Below are positions 1 to 8,094 of a stretch of 30,045 bases of DNA, one piece after another. The notes beneath the pieces were generated by a model. The model was not told the DNA's origin. It saw nothing but the letters and a program-made list of their open reading frames with translations, and did no database searches. Origin of the DNA: a virus (lineage: Duplodnaviria > Caudoviricetes); IMG/VR virus record IMGVR_UViG_3300037440_000208, positions 1 to 30,045 of that record; one strand, given 5' to 3'. How positions within the stretch are numbered: the first letter of the stretch is position 1; every line of letters begins with the position of its first letter. Position numbers and translations under genes: made by a program.

Positions 1-1
1 C

Positions 2-478
2 CGCTGGCCGCTGGGGTCCGGCGGCCTCCGGCACTTCCGCATCTTCGGCGACTACCCGAAGGGCGCGCAGTCCCTCGACCAGCTCGAGGCGGCCGACTCC
101 GGCGCCATCACCGCATGGCGGCACCTCCACGTCTTGCCCGTGAACCTCGAAGCGGTGTTCACCTCATGCTCGTGGCGGTTCCTATCCGTGACCACCGACA
201 TCGCACGGGAGCTGGCCGATATCGCCCGCGCCGAGCGCGTCGATGCGGCCCGGAACGCGTGCATCGAACAGCGCATCGAGGAGGCCACGGTGCTCTTCGC
301 CGGGTACGTGACCGCGGCCCGCCAGTCAGGGTGCCTCACCGGGCGCGACTACGCCGCCTACGTCGGGCCGGTGCCTGAACAGCTCCGGCGCGCCGGGCGG
401 GCGTGGGCGGCGCTGGGGAAGCGACAGCGCGAGCGACACGCCGCGTACCGGGCGTCGCTTCGGCAGTGGGTACGCTAG
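2..478 (+). CDS. Hypothetical protein, 5'-truncated by window edge
   Basis: Frame of the 134..478 ORF is open back to base 2 (RWPLGSGGLRHFRIFGDYPKG...), GC3-rich codons, stop followed by two hairpins. Confidence 0.7.
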   Translation, partial: RWPLGSGGLRHFRIFGDYPKGAQSLDQLEAADSGAITAWRHLHVLPVNLEAVFTSCSWRFLSVTTDIARELADIARAERVDAARNACIEQRIEEATVLFAGYVTAARQSGCLTGRDYAAYVGPVPEQLRRAGRAWAALGKRQRERHAAYRASLRQWVR

Positions 479-521
479 GGGCGATCAGCCAACCTCCCGA
501 GGGGTTCCGATCGCGTTGACA

Positions 522-556
522 GGCCCTCCCACCGCATGGCGGGGGGGCCGTTCCTG
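522..556 (+). terminator. Probable intrinsic terminator
   Basis: GGCCCTCCCACC-GCAT-GGCGGGGGGGCC hairpin (12 bp, one G-U, one mismatch) followed by GTTCCTG, downstream of stop at 478. Confidence 0.55.
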
Positions 557-571
557 TGTCGTCACCCCCGT

Positions 572-596
572 GTGATACGGTACGCATACGCAAACA
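572..596 (+). promoter_or_regulatory. Repeated promoter/leader motif copy 1 (extended -10 TG-A-TACGGT ... CAAACA)
   Basis: GTGATACGGTACGCATACGCAAACA; 23/25 identical to the reverse complement of 28050-28074; upstream of RBS AGAGG and ATG 614. Confidence 0.8.
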
Positions 597-613
597 TGAA
601 AGAGGCGAACATC

Positions 614-2395
614 ATGGCTTACTCCATCCGCTACACCAGGGCAACGAACCACATCCAAGGCATCCCCGAACGCACCACCGGGCCCGCCACCGACAACTCC
701 GCGACCACCGGCGTCGTCGGCTACTACGCCACCAGCGCTTGCGCCGCCCTCACCCGCTCCGGCCACCGCATGGGGTTCGCGGCCTCCCGCGATGACCTCG
801 CCGCCATCCTCGACCAGGCCCGCACCACGGGCGGCCGCAACCTGTGCAAGCGATGCGAGCGCGCCGCCCTCCGCGCCCTCGCCGACGCCGCCAGCGCCGC
901 CCCCACGGCCCCGGCCACCCCCACCTACGCCACCGCGCTCGCCGCGCTCCCCACCGGTACCGATGTCCAGATCTACACAGCCATGGGCCACACCGTCACC
1001 GGGAAAATCGCGGGCACCGGCACCGACGGCGCCATGATCGCCGACGACATCACCGGCAACCGCCGCCAGGTCCCCTACGACACCGTGGCATCGTTCGAGC
1101 ACTTCGACCACGACACCGAAACGTGGGCCGACCCCATCGCCGACGCCGAACCCACCCCCGCCGACCGCGAGCGCACCTATGAGCTCGCCTACCGCACCGC
1201 CAGAGACACCGCCGACCACGCCGCCCGCATCACCGACGACGCCGCCGACAGCGCCGCCGAAGCCGCTTACGAGCGGTACCGGGGCGCCGCCGACACTATC
1301 GACCGGTGCCTCATCTTCGGGTGCGAAGCCACCACCGACCCGCACCGCGCCTACTGCCACGAGCACGACACCACCGACGACGCCGACGACACGGCGTGCG
1401 GTGAGCGGACCACCGTCGACGGCATCGGCTACCCGTGCATCAACCGCGGCGAGCATGTCGAGCACAACACCCGCTTGGGCGCCGCATGGCGGGTCCCCGC
1501 CGTTGACGTCCTCACGCTCGGCGCCGCCTACACCGACGCCCGCCAGGCGTACATGCGCGCCGCCGACCGGCTCGAGGAGACAGGCGCCGAATCCGACCAG
1601 CTCGCCGCCGACGACGCGTGGGGAACGTTCATCGCCGCCGCTGACGCCGCCGGAATGTGCCGTGCGTTCACGTGCTACGCCGAAGCCGAGCCCGGCGCCA
1701 CCGAATGCCAGCACCACCGCTGCCAGCACGACGCCGCCGACAGCGCCGCCATGGCCGCCGACGCGCTCGCGGGCGGCACCGCGAACCCGGAATGCTCATG
1801 CTCCAACGGACTGTGCGAGGACTGTGCCCGCGAGTACCGTGCACAGCTCCCCGCCGACCACCACACGGTGACCGCGCGCTTGGACCACACCGAGCCCGGT
1901 AAAGCCATCGCGATCATCGCCACCGGCCACGGCCGCGAGCACACCCCGCAAGCATGGCTTGCGCACGAGCGCGGCTCGTGGCTCCTCGTGGACGACTACG
2001 ACGGCGACACGCTCAATGTGAAGGGCCCCGACGCCGAGCGCGCCGTGCACGCGTGGGCCGCCCTCTTGGGGATCCGCATCGACACGCTCACCGTCGACGT
2101 GGAGTACGCGGGCGGCCCCGTCTCCCCACCGGTGCCACCGGCGCCGGACGCGCGCGGCGCCGACCTCGTATGGGCCCGCGACAGCGAAGAGGTGAACGTG
2201 TTCCACGCCCACGGCCGCGCGCACGACTACCGACTCACCGAGCACTACGACGGCGCGAACCTGGTGGTGTCCCTCCGCGGCAAGGGCGGCCCCATAGTGG
2301 TGTACCGCCGCCGCTACACCACCCGGGCGGGCGGCCGCCGGGCCGCGCAAGCGTTCGAGCACCGGCACGGGCCCATGAACGCGCCCGCCCAATAG
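614..2395 (+). CDS. 593-aa multi-module Cys/His-rich accessory protein (several putative Zn-binding motifs, Sm-like segment)
   Basis: ATG 614 with AGAGG RBS; strong C3 codon bias; motifs CKRC, two C-x4-C-x10-C-x2-H, C-x12-C-x5-H-x2-H, CSC-x4-CEDC; bracketed by promoter and terminator. Confidence 0.8.
   Translation: MAYSIRYTRATNHIQGIPERTTGPATDNSATTGVVGYYATSACAALTRSGHRMGFAASRDDLAAILDQARTTGGRNLCKRCERAALRALADAASAAPTAPATPTYATALAALPTGTDVQIYTAMGHTVTGKIAGTGTDGAMIADDITGNRRQVPYDTVASFEHFDHDTETWADPIADAEPTPADRERTYELAYRTARDTADHAARITDDAADSAAEAAYERYRGAADTIDRCLIFGCEATTDPHRAYCHEHDTTDDADDTACGERTTVDGIGYPCINRGEHVEHNTRLGAAWRVPAVDVLTLGAAYTDARQAYMRAADRLEETGAESDQLAADDAWGTFIAAADAAGMCRAFTCYAEAEPGATECQHHRCQHDAADSAAMAADALAGGTANPECSCSNGLCEDCAREYRAQLPADHHTVTARLDHTEPGKAIAIIATGHGREHTPQAWLAHERGSWLLVDDYDGDTLNVKGPDAERAVHAWAALLGIRIDTLTVDVEYAGGPVSPPVPPAPDARGADLVWARDSEEVNVFHAHGRAHDYRLTEHYDGANLVVSLRGKGGPIVVYRRRYTTRAGGRRAAQAFEHRHGPMNAPAQ
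1236..1750 (+). repeat. 23-bp direct repeat ACGACGCCGCCGACAGCGCCGCC at 1236-1258 and 1728-1750
   Basis: Exact match seen; both encode DAADSAA in the 614..2395 ORF. Confidence 0.85.
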
Positions 2396-2409
2396 ATACA
2401 CATGAGACG

Positions 2410-2439
2410 ACGGCCCCCGGCATCATCGCCGGGGGCCGT
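2410..2439 (+). terminator. Intrinsic terminator-like hairpin
   Basis: Perfect 12-bp stem ACGGCCCCCGGC/GCCGGGGGCCGT, loop ATCATC, 15 nt after stop at 2395. Confidence 0.75.
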
Positions 2440-2450
2440 ACGCTTGTCCC
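2439..2450 (+). promoter_or_regulatory. Putative -10 (TACGCT) for a leaderless transcript starting the structural operon
   Basis: TANNNT hexamer 6 nt upstream of ATG 2451, no SD present. Confidence 0.5.
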
Positions 2451-2825
2451 ATGATCGAAGCGCTCGGGCTCCCGGTGTGGAGCGTGCTCATCCTGTTCCC
2501 GCTGTGGTTCGTGCTCAACACCCTCGCGGCCGCGCGCCTCACACAACTCGTGACCACCGATTCCATCACCGGGCCCCCTCGAGTGGCCGTCACCGAATGG
2601 TCCGACCGGCGCACCATCACCCGCCCGCTCGCCGTCCTCATCAACTGCGGGTGGTGCGTATCGGTGTGGGTGTCCGCCGGACTGGCCGCCTTCGACGCAT
2701 GGGCCGGTGGTCCCCTCGCCGCCGGAGTCGCCGCCGCCGGATACGACACCGCGGCCGCCGGGTGGGCCGTCATCGTTGCGGCGCTGGCGCTGGCGGCGGG
2801 TATGCTCGCCACAAGCACCAGGTAA
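2451..2825 (+). CDS. DUF1360-like membrane protein
   Basis: Hydrophobic segments and RLTQLVTTDSITGPPR...LINCGWCVSVW signature; usual position upstream of portal. Confidence 0.75.
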   Translation: MIEALGLPVWSVLILFPLWFVLNTLAAARLTQLVTTDSITGPPRVAVTEWSDRRTITRPLAVLINCGWCVSVWVSAGLAAFDAWAGGPLAAGVAAAGYDTAAAGWAVIVAALALAAGMLATSTR

Positions 2826-2849
2826 GGGGCCGGAACGCGGGGGGCGGGC

Positions 2850-4727
2850 ATGGCACGAAGCACGACGGCGGCACGTCCCACACGGCCCGCGGCGCGCTCC
2901 ATCGTGGCCGCCTCCGCGGCTATGTACGGGCGGCCGGGCACGAAACTCGAAGTGAACACCGCGGAGTGGCAACGGGAGTCATACCGGCTTTATGACGTGG
3001 TTGGGGCCGCCCGGTTCGTCGCCAACACCGTCGCCAATGCCGTCTCCCGGTGCCGCCTCTACATTGCGAAGCTCGACCCCGACACCGGCGAAGTGCTCGG
3101 CGAAGCCGACGACGCCGCGCTGAAACCCTATGTCGCGTCGCCGTTCGGCACCGGTGACCGGCGCCGGGAGAATATCCGCCTGGCCGCGTTGAACCTGTTC
3201 GTGTGCGGGGAGTACTTCCAAGTCGGTGAAGGCGCCCGCGGTGAAGGCGAACGCGACCGCTGGTATGTCGTCTCACCGTTCGACTTTCAAAAGCAAAAGG
3301 GCGGCGGCACGAGCGCGACTCTGCTCTGTGACCGGCCACCGATGTACGGCGGCGGACAGGCACAGCTTGACCCGGGCACCGACAAGCGCAAGGGACGGGA
3401 TGTGGTGGCCCGGGTGTGGACGCCGCACCCGATGCACTCCCGTGAGGCTGACTCCCCGTTCCGGGCCGCTATCCCCGACCTCAACATCCTCCACACCATC
3501 AAGAAACGCGAATCCGCCGAGCTTGACTCACGGTTGGCGGGGGCGGGGATCCTGTTCGTCCCCGACAGCTTCACGCTGCCAGGGAAGGACGGGAACCCGG
3601 GCACCGTCCAAGATCTGATGGATGAGCTCATCGAGATTGCCTCCGAAGTCATCTCGGACCCCTCGCATCCCTCGAGCATCATTCCCTACATTCTCAAGGT
3701 CCCCGGCGAAGACATCGACAAAGTGAAGCTGCTGAATTTCTGGTCGGAGTTGTCGGCGGCGCTCGGCGAACTCTCCGACCGGAAGATTCGCGCCCTCGCA
3801 CAAGCGTTCGATGCACCCGTGGAAACCCTCGAGGGCGCCGGGAACACGAACCACTGGAACCTGTGGCGCATCGCCGAAGAAACCATCACCACCCACTATG
3901 AGCCGCTGTTGTCGCGCATGGCCGACAGCATCACCACCGTCTACCTTCGGCCCGGCCTCACCACCACCAGCCTCAACCCCGACGAATACGCGTACGCGTT
4001 CGACACCACCCCGCTCCGCGTCCGCGCCGACCGCTTCGGCGACGCCGTGAAACTCCGCGAGCTCGGATTGCTCTCCGATGAAGCCACCCTTCGCGCTGGC
4101 GACTTCAATGAGAACGACGCCCCCAACAAGCAGGAAAAAGCCGAACGGCTCGCCCGGGAACTCGTGGTCGCGAACCCCGAGCTGGCCGCGGGCCCGCTCG
4201 GGGTCCTCGCCGGGCTCGACATCAATGAACGCATCATCATTGACGGCACCACCGCTCCCGAACCGGCCGCCCCGGCACCGGCCGTCGAAGCCGCGCCCCG
4301 CGCCGTCCAAGGCCCGCCCGACGCCGCCGACGCCACCGGCTCCGGCGACGCGCTCACCGCTTCGCTCCTCGCGCAACTCCCCACCGACGCCGCCGTGACC
4401 GTCCTGGCGAACACCGCCGTGCACCGCGCCCTCGAAAAGGCAGGCGGGCGCCTGGTCAAGACGTGGCCCAAAACCGCCGACCGCGCCCGCCTCCACACCA
4501 CCATCGCCACCGCGCCCAACAAGGGACAGGCACAACGCGCGCTCGCCGGAGCATGGGACCAGCTACCCGCGTTCACCGCCGGGCTCGACGTGGACACCGA
4601 CCAGCTCACGAACGCGCTCAACGCGTACACGGTGGAACTCCTCGTGCGCCGCCGCGACCACGAACCCGAAGCGCTCGCCGCCGTGCTCGGCTTCGCACGC
4701 CTCACCGGAGCCTCCCATGCCCGATGA
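2850..4727 (+). CDS. Portal protein
   Basis: WQRESYRLYDVVG, RVWTPHP...ADSPFRA, SRLAGAGILFVP, NHWNLW motifs typical of cluster-B-like actinophage portals; first large gene of head module. Confidence 0.88.
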   Translation: MARSTTAARPTRPAARSIVAASAAMYGRPGTKLEVNTAEWQRESYRLYDVVGAARFVANTVANAVSRCRLYIAKLDPDTGEVLGEADDAALKPYVASPFGTGDRRRENIRLAALNLFVCGEYFQVGEGARGEGERDRWYVVSPFDFQKQKGGGTSATLLCDRPPMYGGGQAQLDPGTDKRKGRDVVARVWTPHPMHSREADSPFRAAIPDLNILHTIKKRESAELDSRLAGAGILFVPDSFTLPGKDGNPGTVQDLMDELIEIASEVISDPSHPSSIIPYILKVPGEDIDKVKLLNFWSELSAALGELSDRKIRALAQAFDAPVETLEGAGNTNHWNLWRIAEETITTHYEPLLSRMADSITTVYLRPGLTTTSLNPDEYAYAFDTTPLRVRADRFGDAVKLRELGLLSDEATLRAGDFNENDAPNKQEKAERLARELVVANPELAAGPLGVLAGLDINERIIIDGTTAPEPAAPAPAVEAAPRAVQGPPDAADATGSGDALTASLLAQLPTDAAVTVLANTAVHRALEKAGGRLVKTWPKTADRARLHTTIATAPNKGQAQRALAGAWDQLPAFTAGLDVDTDQLTNALNAYTVELLVRRRDHEPEALAAVLGFARLTGASHAR

Positions 4728-5532
4728 ACCACCGGTGTGGGACGGCCGCGGCGCGGATCCGTGGATGCCCGAACGGCTCGCCGCGTTCCTCGACGCCGCC
4801 CGCGCCGAAGCACGCATGTTCGCTGCGTTCTGGCGGTTCCTCCGCGACTGGATCGCGCTGGTACGCGACCGGATGCGCGAATCACGCTACGATCCCACCG
4901 TCATTCCCGGCCTCCGCTCGGCATGGTGGGACGCCATGACCGAATACGCCGAACGCGACATCGTGGACACGATGAACGACGGATTCCAGCGGGTCACCGG
5001 CGAACCGTATGCGCTCGACGGCCGCGCGCTGGCCGTCGCCCGCGCGATGGAGCGCCGCAACATGCTCGTGCGCGTCGCCGACGAGGTGTATGCGCGCGTG
5101 CAAGCCGCCGTGGCGAAAGCGGTGAACGTGGGCACCTCCGGTGAAGACCTGGCCGACATCATCGAAGGCATCTTCGACACCACGGGCACCCCCTACTGGG
5201 AGAACCGGGCCACCGTCGTCGCTCGCACCGAAACCCTCTCGGCGCTCAACGGCGGCCGCTACGACGGCCACGTGTGGACGGCGGGGCGGCTCGGCGGCGC
5301 GTTCGAGCGTGTATGGGTTGCCACGTTCGACGCCCGCACCCGCGAATCACACCGCCGCGCCGAAGGCCAGCGCGCGCCGCTCGACGGCGCGTTCGCTGTC
5401 GGTGACCCGCCTTCGATGCTGCGGTGGCCTGGTGACCCGCTGGGGCCGCCGGAAGAGACGATCCAATGTCGGTGCACCACGATCCTCGTGCGGCCCGGCC
5501 AGAATCTCAACGTCATCGCCCGTCGAGCCTAA
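4717..5532 (+). CDS. MuF-like minor capsid / head morphogenesis protein
   Basis: RATVVARTET, RVWVATFDARTRESH, PGDPLGPPEETIQCRC motifs; follows portal. Confidence 0.9.
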   Translation: MPDEPPVWDGRGADPWMPERLAAFLDAARAEARMFAAFWRFLRDWIALVRDRMRESRYDPTVIPGLRSAWWDAMTEYAERDIVDTMNDGFQRVTGEPYALDGRALAVARAMERRNMLVRVADEVYARVQAAVAKAVNVGTSGEDLADIIEGIFDTTGTPYWENRATVVARTETLSALNGGRYDGHVWTAGRLGGAFERVWVATFDARTRESHRRAEGQRAPLDGAFAVGDPPSMLRWPGDPLGPPEETIQCRCTTILVRPGQNLNVIARRA

Positions 5533-5544
5533 AAGGAGACGATC

Positions 5545-7242
5545 ATGGGCAGGCTGTTCACAATGGTCCTGGGGCGCCGGGGCCAGTCATACCGTGACCT
5601 CCGCGGGAACATGATTGCCGACGCCATGTGGTCGGCCATGCAACTCCCGGCCGCCGTGTTCTATCAGCCCGACAACGTGCCCGCGCACAACGGCGGTGTC
5701 CGCGTCGGAAACCTCTACACTGTGGACATTCCCGAAGGCGACGGCGCCGAAATCACCGCGACCGGCGAATTCTTCGACGGCCGGGCCGGTATGGAGCGTA
5801 TCCAGCCGTGGGTGCAAGAGGCGGTCGCGATGGCCGCCGAAGGCGCCATCTGGCCGTCCGTCGACCCCGCGGTTATCGAGGTGATGGACAACGGCGACGG
5901 GGAGGCGTCGGTGGTGAAAGCCGACATCCCCGGCGTGACGCTCGTGTCGATGCCCGCGTTCGTCGGCACGTCGGTAACGCTCCTCCCCGAAGAGGAGACG
6001 ACCGCGCCCGACGACGACGCCGAAGGGATGCCAGCGGATATGCCGGTGGTCGCGGCCGTCCTCGCCGAAGGCCACGCCGACCTCCCCGTAGCGCCCCGCG
6101 ACCGGGCGTGGGATGGCGCGGCCGCCGCCGGGCGCGTCGCCGGGCGCTGCGAGGTCGACGCCGAAGGCGCCGAAGCGGCCGCCTGGTCGTGCTACGCGCG
6201 GGCGTTCCTGTACCGCGACGACGCCGCCGACCCGGCCACGAAGGGCGCCTACAAACTCGGATACGCCGACATCATCGACGGCGAACTCACCATCGTCCCC
6301 GCGGGCGTTATCGCTGTCGCAACCGTCTTGCAAGGCGCCCGCGGGGGTGTGGACATCCCCGAAGCCGACCAGGAACGGTTGCGAGGCGTTGTCGCCGCCC
6401 TCTACGCGCACATCAACGACGCCACCGGCACCGACCTCACCCCGCCATGGGAAGCGGATGAGGCCGCGCTCGTGGCCGCCGCCGTCGCGACCGTCCGCGA
6501 ACCGGTACCGGCCGACGCCTTCAACGAACCGCCGCTCGAGGGATACCAGCCCGGCTACCGCATCGAAGGCGCCCGCATCTTCGGGCACCTCACGAACCGG
6601 GCCGCCTGCCACCGGTCGTGGCCCGCTTCATGCGTGACCCCACCCGAGTCGGCATCGAACTACGCCGTCGCCAACCGATACGACATCATCACCAGCGAAG
6701 GGCCCCTCGAGGTCGGGCGCGTCACCACCGGGCTCGGCGCCGTCGGCTCCGGGTGCACCTGCCACGGCGGCGGCGTCATCGATGACCACTACTGTCCCGG
6801 GTCCCGGTCGGCGGCGGCCGCGATTGCCCACTACGACCAGTGCGCCACCGTCGCCGATGTGATGATCGGGGAGAACGAGGACGGTTCGGTGTGGGTGGCG
6901 GGCGTCATGCGCCCGGCGCTGCCCGCCGACGCCGCCCGTGTCCTCGCCCGCCGTGTGTGGTCGGGCGACTGGCGGCCGTGGGGCACCGGCGCCGAGCTCG
7001 TCGAAGTGCTCGCGCTCGACCACGCCGAACCCGGCTTCACCCACCGCACGAAGCACAACGCCGCCGCCTACACGCTCATCGCCGCCACCGGCCCGGCCGC
7101 GGCGCCGCCTGTGGATGAGGATGAAGCGTTGCGCCGTGTCGTCCGCGAAGAGCTCGAACGCGAACGCGAGACGGAAGCGCATCGACGTACCCTTGCCGCT
7201 GTCGCCTCGCGTTCGGCGCTGGCCGCGATCACCCGCAACTAG
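5545..7242 (+). CDS. Capsid maturation protease, multi-domain
   Basis: N-terminal H..VG / WPSVD / TLVSMPAF prohead-protease motifs; C-terminal GxIFGHL..CH..SGDWR domain; AAGGAG RBS. Confidence 0.8.
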   Translation: MGRLFTMVLGRRGQSYRDLRGNMIADAMWSAMQLPAAVFYQPDNVPAHNGGVRVGNLYTVDIPEGDGAEITATGEFFDGRAGMERIQPWVQEAVAMAAEGAIWPSVDPAVIEVMDNGDGEASVVKADIPGVTLVSMPAFVGTSVTLLPEEETTAPDDDAEGMPADMPVVAAVLAEGHADLPVAPRDRAWDGAAAAGRVAGRCEVDAEGAEAAAWSCYARAFLYRDDAADPATKGAYKLGYADIIDGELTIVPAGVIAVATVLQGARGGVDIPEADQERLRGVVAALYAHINDATGTDLTPPWEADEAALVAAAVATVREPVPADAFNEPPLEGYQPGYRIEGARIFGHLTNRAACHRSWPASCVTPPESASNYAVANRYDIITSEGPLEVGRVTTGLGAVGSGCTCHGGGVIDDHYCPGSRSAAAAIAHYDQCATVADVMIGENEDGSVWVAGVMRPALPADAARVLARRVWSGDWRPWGTGAELVEVLALDHAEPGFTHRTKHNAAAYTLIAATGPAAAPPVDEDEALRRVVREELERERETEAHRRTLAAVASRSALAAITRN

Positions 7243-7256
7243 GAGAGGATCACCGC

Positions 7257-7412
7257 ATGTGCCCGTCTTGTCAGAAAAACGAATGGTTTTTCGTCGACCC
7301 GAAAACGGGTGAAGAGGTGGTGCGCAAGTCGCACTACGATGCGATCGTGGCCCGCCGCCAGCTCGGCGCGACCGGCGCCCGCATCGACTCCCGCAAGAAA
7401 GTCACGGCGTAA
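7257..7412 (+). CDS. 51-aa hypothetical protein (MCPSCQKNEWFFVDPKTG...), not in ORF track
   Basis: AGGAGAGG RBS, fills gap between protease and next gene, N-terminal CxxC like small genes following cluster-B-like proteases. Confidence 0.75.
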   Translation: MCPSCQKNEWFFVDPKTGEEVVRKSHYDAIVARRQLGATGARIDSRKKVTA

Positions 7413-7414
7413 CC

Positions 7415-7690
7415 ATGACCGTCCGTTCCGTCGATGAGCTCTCCAACCGGTTCGCCTACCACCCCCCGGCCGGGCCCCACATTGCCGACGCGCACGAGGA
7501 ACTACGCGAAGCCGCGTACACGCTCGCCGCGGCCATTGAACGGCTCGTGCCGCCCGGCCGCGAGCGCGTCACCGCCATCACCAAATGCGAAGAGGCCATG
7601 ATGTGGGGGAACGCCGGAGTCGCCCGCGCGTCCGGCCTCGCACGCCTCGAAGCGGGAGACCACCATGGGCCGCACACCGAACGGCGATGA
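7415..7690 (+). CDS. Acb2/Tad1-hairpin-like protein (candidate cyclic-nucleotide sponge)
   Basis: NRFAYHPP...GRERVTAITKCEEAMMWGNAGVAR matches the RExxxAxTKLEEAxMW pattern of Tad1/Acb2-fold proteins. Confidence 0.65.
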   Translation: MTVRSVDELSNRFAYHPPAGPHIADAHEELREAAYTLAAAIERLVPPGRERVTAITKCEEAMMWGNAGVARASGLARLEAGDHHGPHTERR

Positions 7691-7961
7691 TGCCGCGAAG
7701 GCACGCGCACACCTGGCGTTCCTCGCCAGCGCCGACGGGGACGCTACGGCCGCCGTCGGCAACACGGAAGCGTTGAAACGCTACTGGACTATCGGCGAAG
7801 GCGGGGCGCGTATCAGGTGGGGGACCGACGGGGACTTGACGCGCTGCCACCGCGAAGTGTCGAAAGAGGTCCCGGTGAAAGACATGACCAGCGATGACGT
7901 GTGGGGTTACTGCCAGAACCTTCACAAGCGGCTGTTCGGGACCTCGAACCCGCGTGATTGA
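7665..7961 (+). CDS. Conserved head-module hypothetical protein
   Basis: LKRYWTIGEGGARIRWGTDGDLTRC...GYCQNLH domain, recognisable from actinophage head genes; GGGAG RBS. Confidence 0.75.
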   Translation: MGRTPNGDDAAKARAHLAFLASADGDATAAVGNTEALKRYWTIGEGGARIRWGTDGDLTRCHREVSKEVPVKDMTSDDVWGYCQNLHKRLFGTSNPRD

Positions 7962-7987
7962 ACGATGCGTGTGGTGCGGGGGCCGCG

Positions 7988-7996
7988 TGTTACCCT
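7988..7996 (+). promoter_or_regulatory. Putative extended -10 promoter (TG-T-TACCCT) for major capsid gene
   Basis: TGnTAnnnT in the intergenic gap ahead of the structured leader. Confidence 0.5.
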
Positions 7997-8013
7997 CGCG
8001 GAGTAAGCCTGAC

Positions 8014-8079
8014 TCGTGATGCCTGGGACAGCGGGGCCGACCGGCTCACTGTCCCGTGTCCAGTACACACGCATCACGA
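8014..8079 (+). promoter_or_regulatory. Structured 5' leader (three-way junction) of major capsid mRNA
   Basis: TCGTGATGC 8014-22 pairs with GCATCACGA 8071-79; GGGACAG 8025-31 with CTGTCCC 8049-55; GTGT 8056-59 with ACAC 8065-68; SD GGGAG at 8081. Confidence 0.55.
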
Positions 8080-8094
8080 TGGGAGATATCCGTC

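Noticed and set aside
515-521. TTGACA as the -35 of promoter copy 1
   Set aside because: More than 50 bp from TACGGT and separated by a hairpin; wrong spacing
1-2849. Absence of a terminase gene directly before the portal
   Set aside because: No Walker/nuclease motifs are seen, but in cluster-B-like phages terminase lies several genes upstream and is probably outside the window
8001-8080. Hammerhead ribozyme or tRNA in the capsid leader
   Set aside because: No CUGAnGA/GAAA core and no TTC-loop cloverleaf; retained only as an unknown structure
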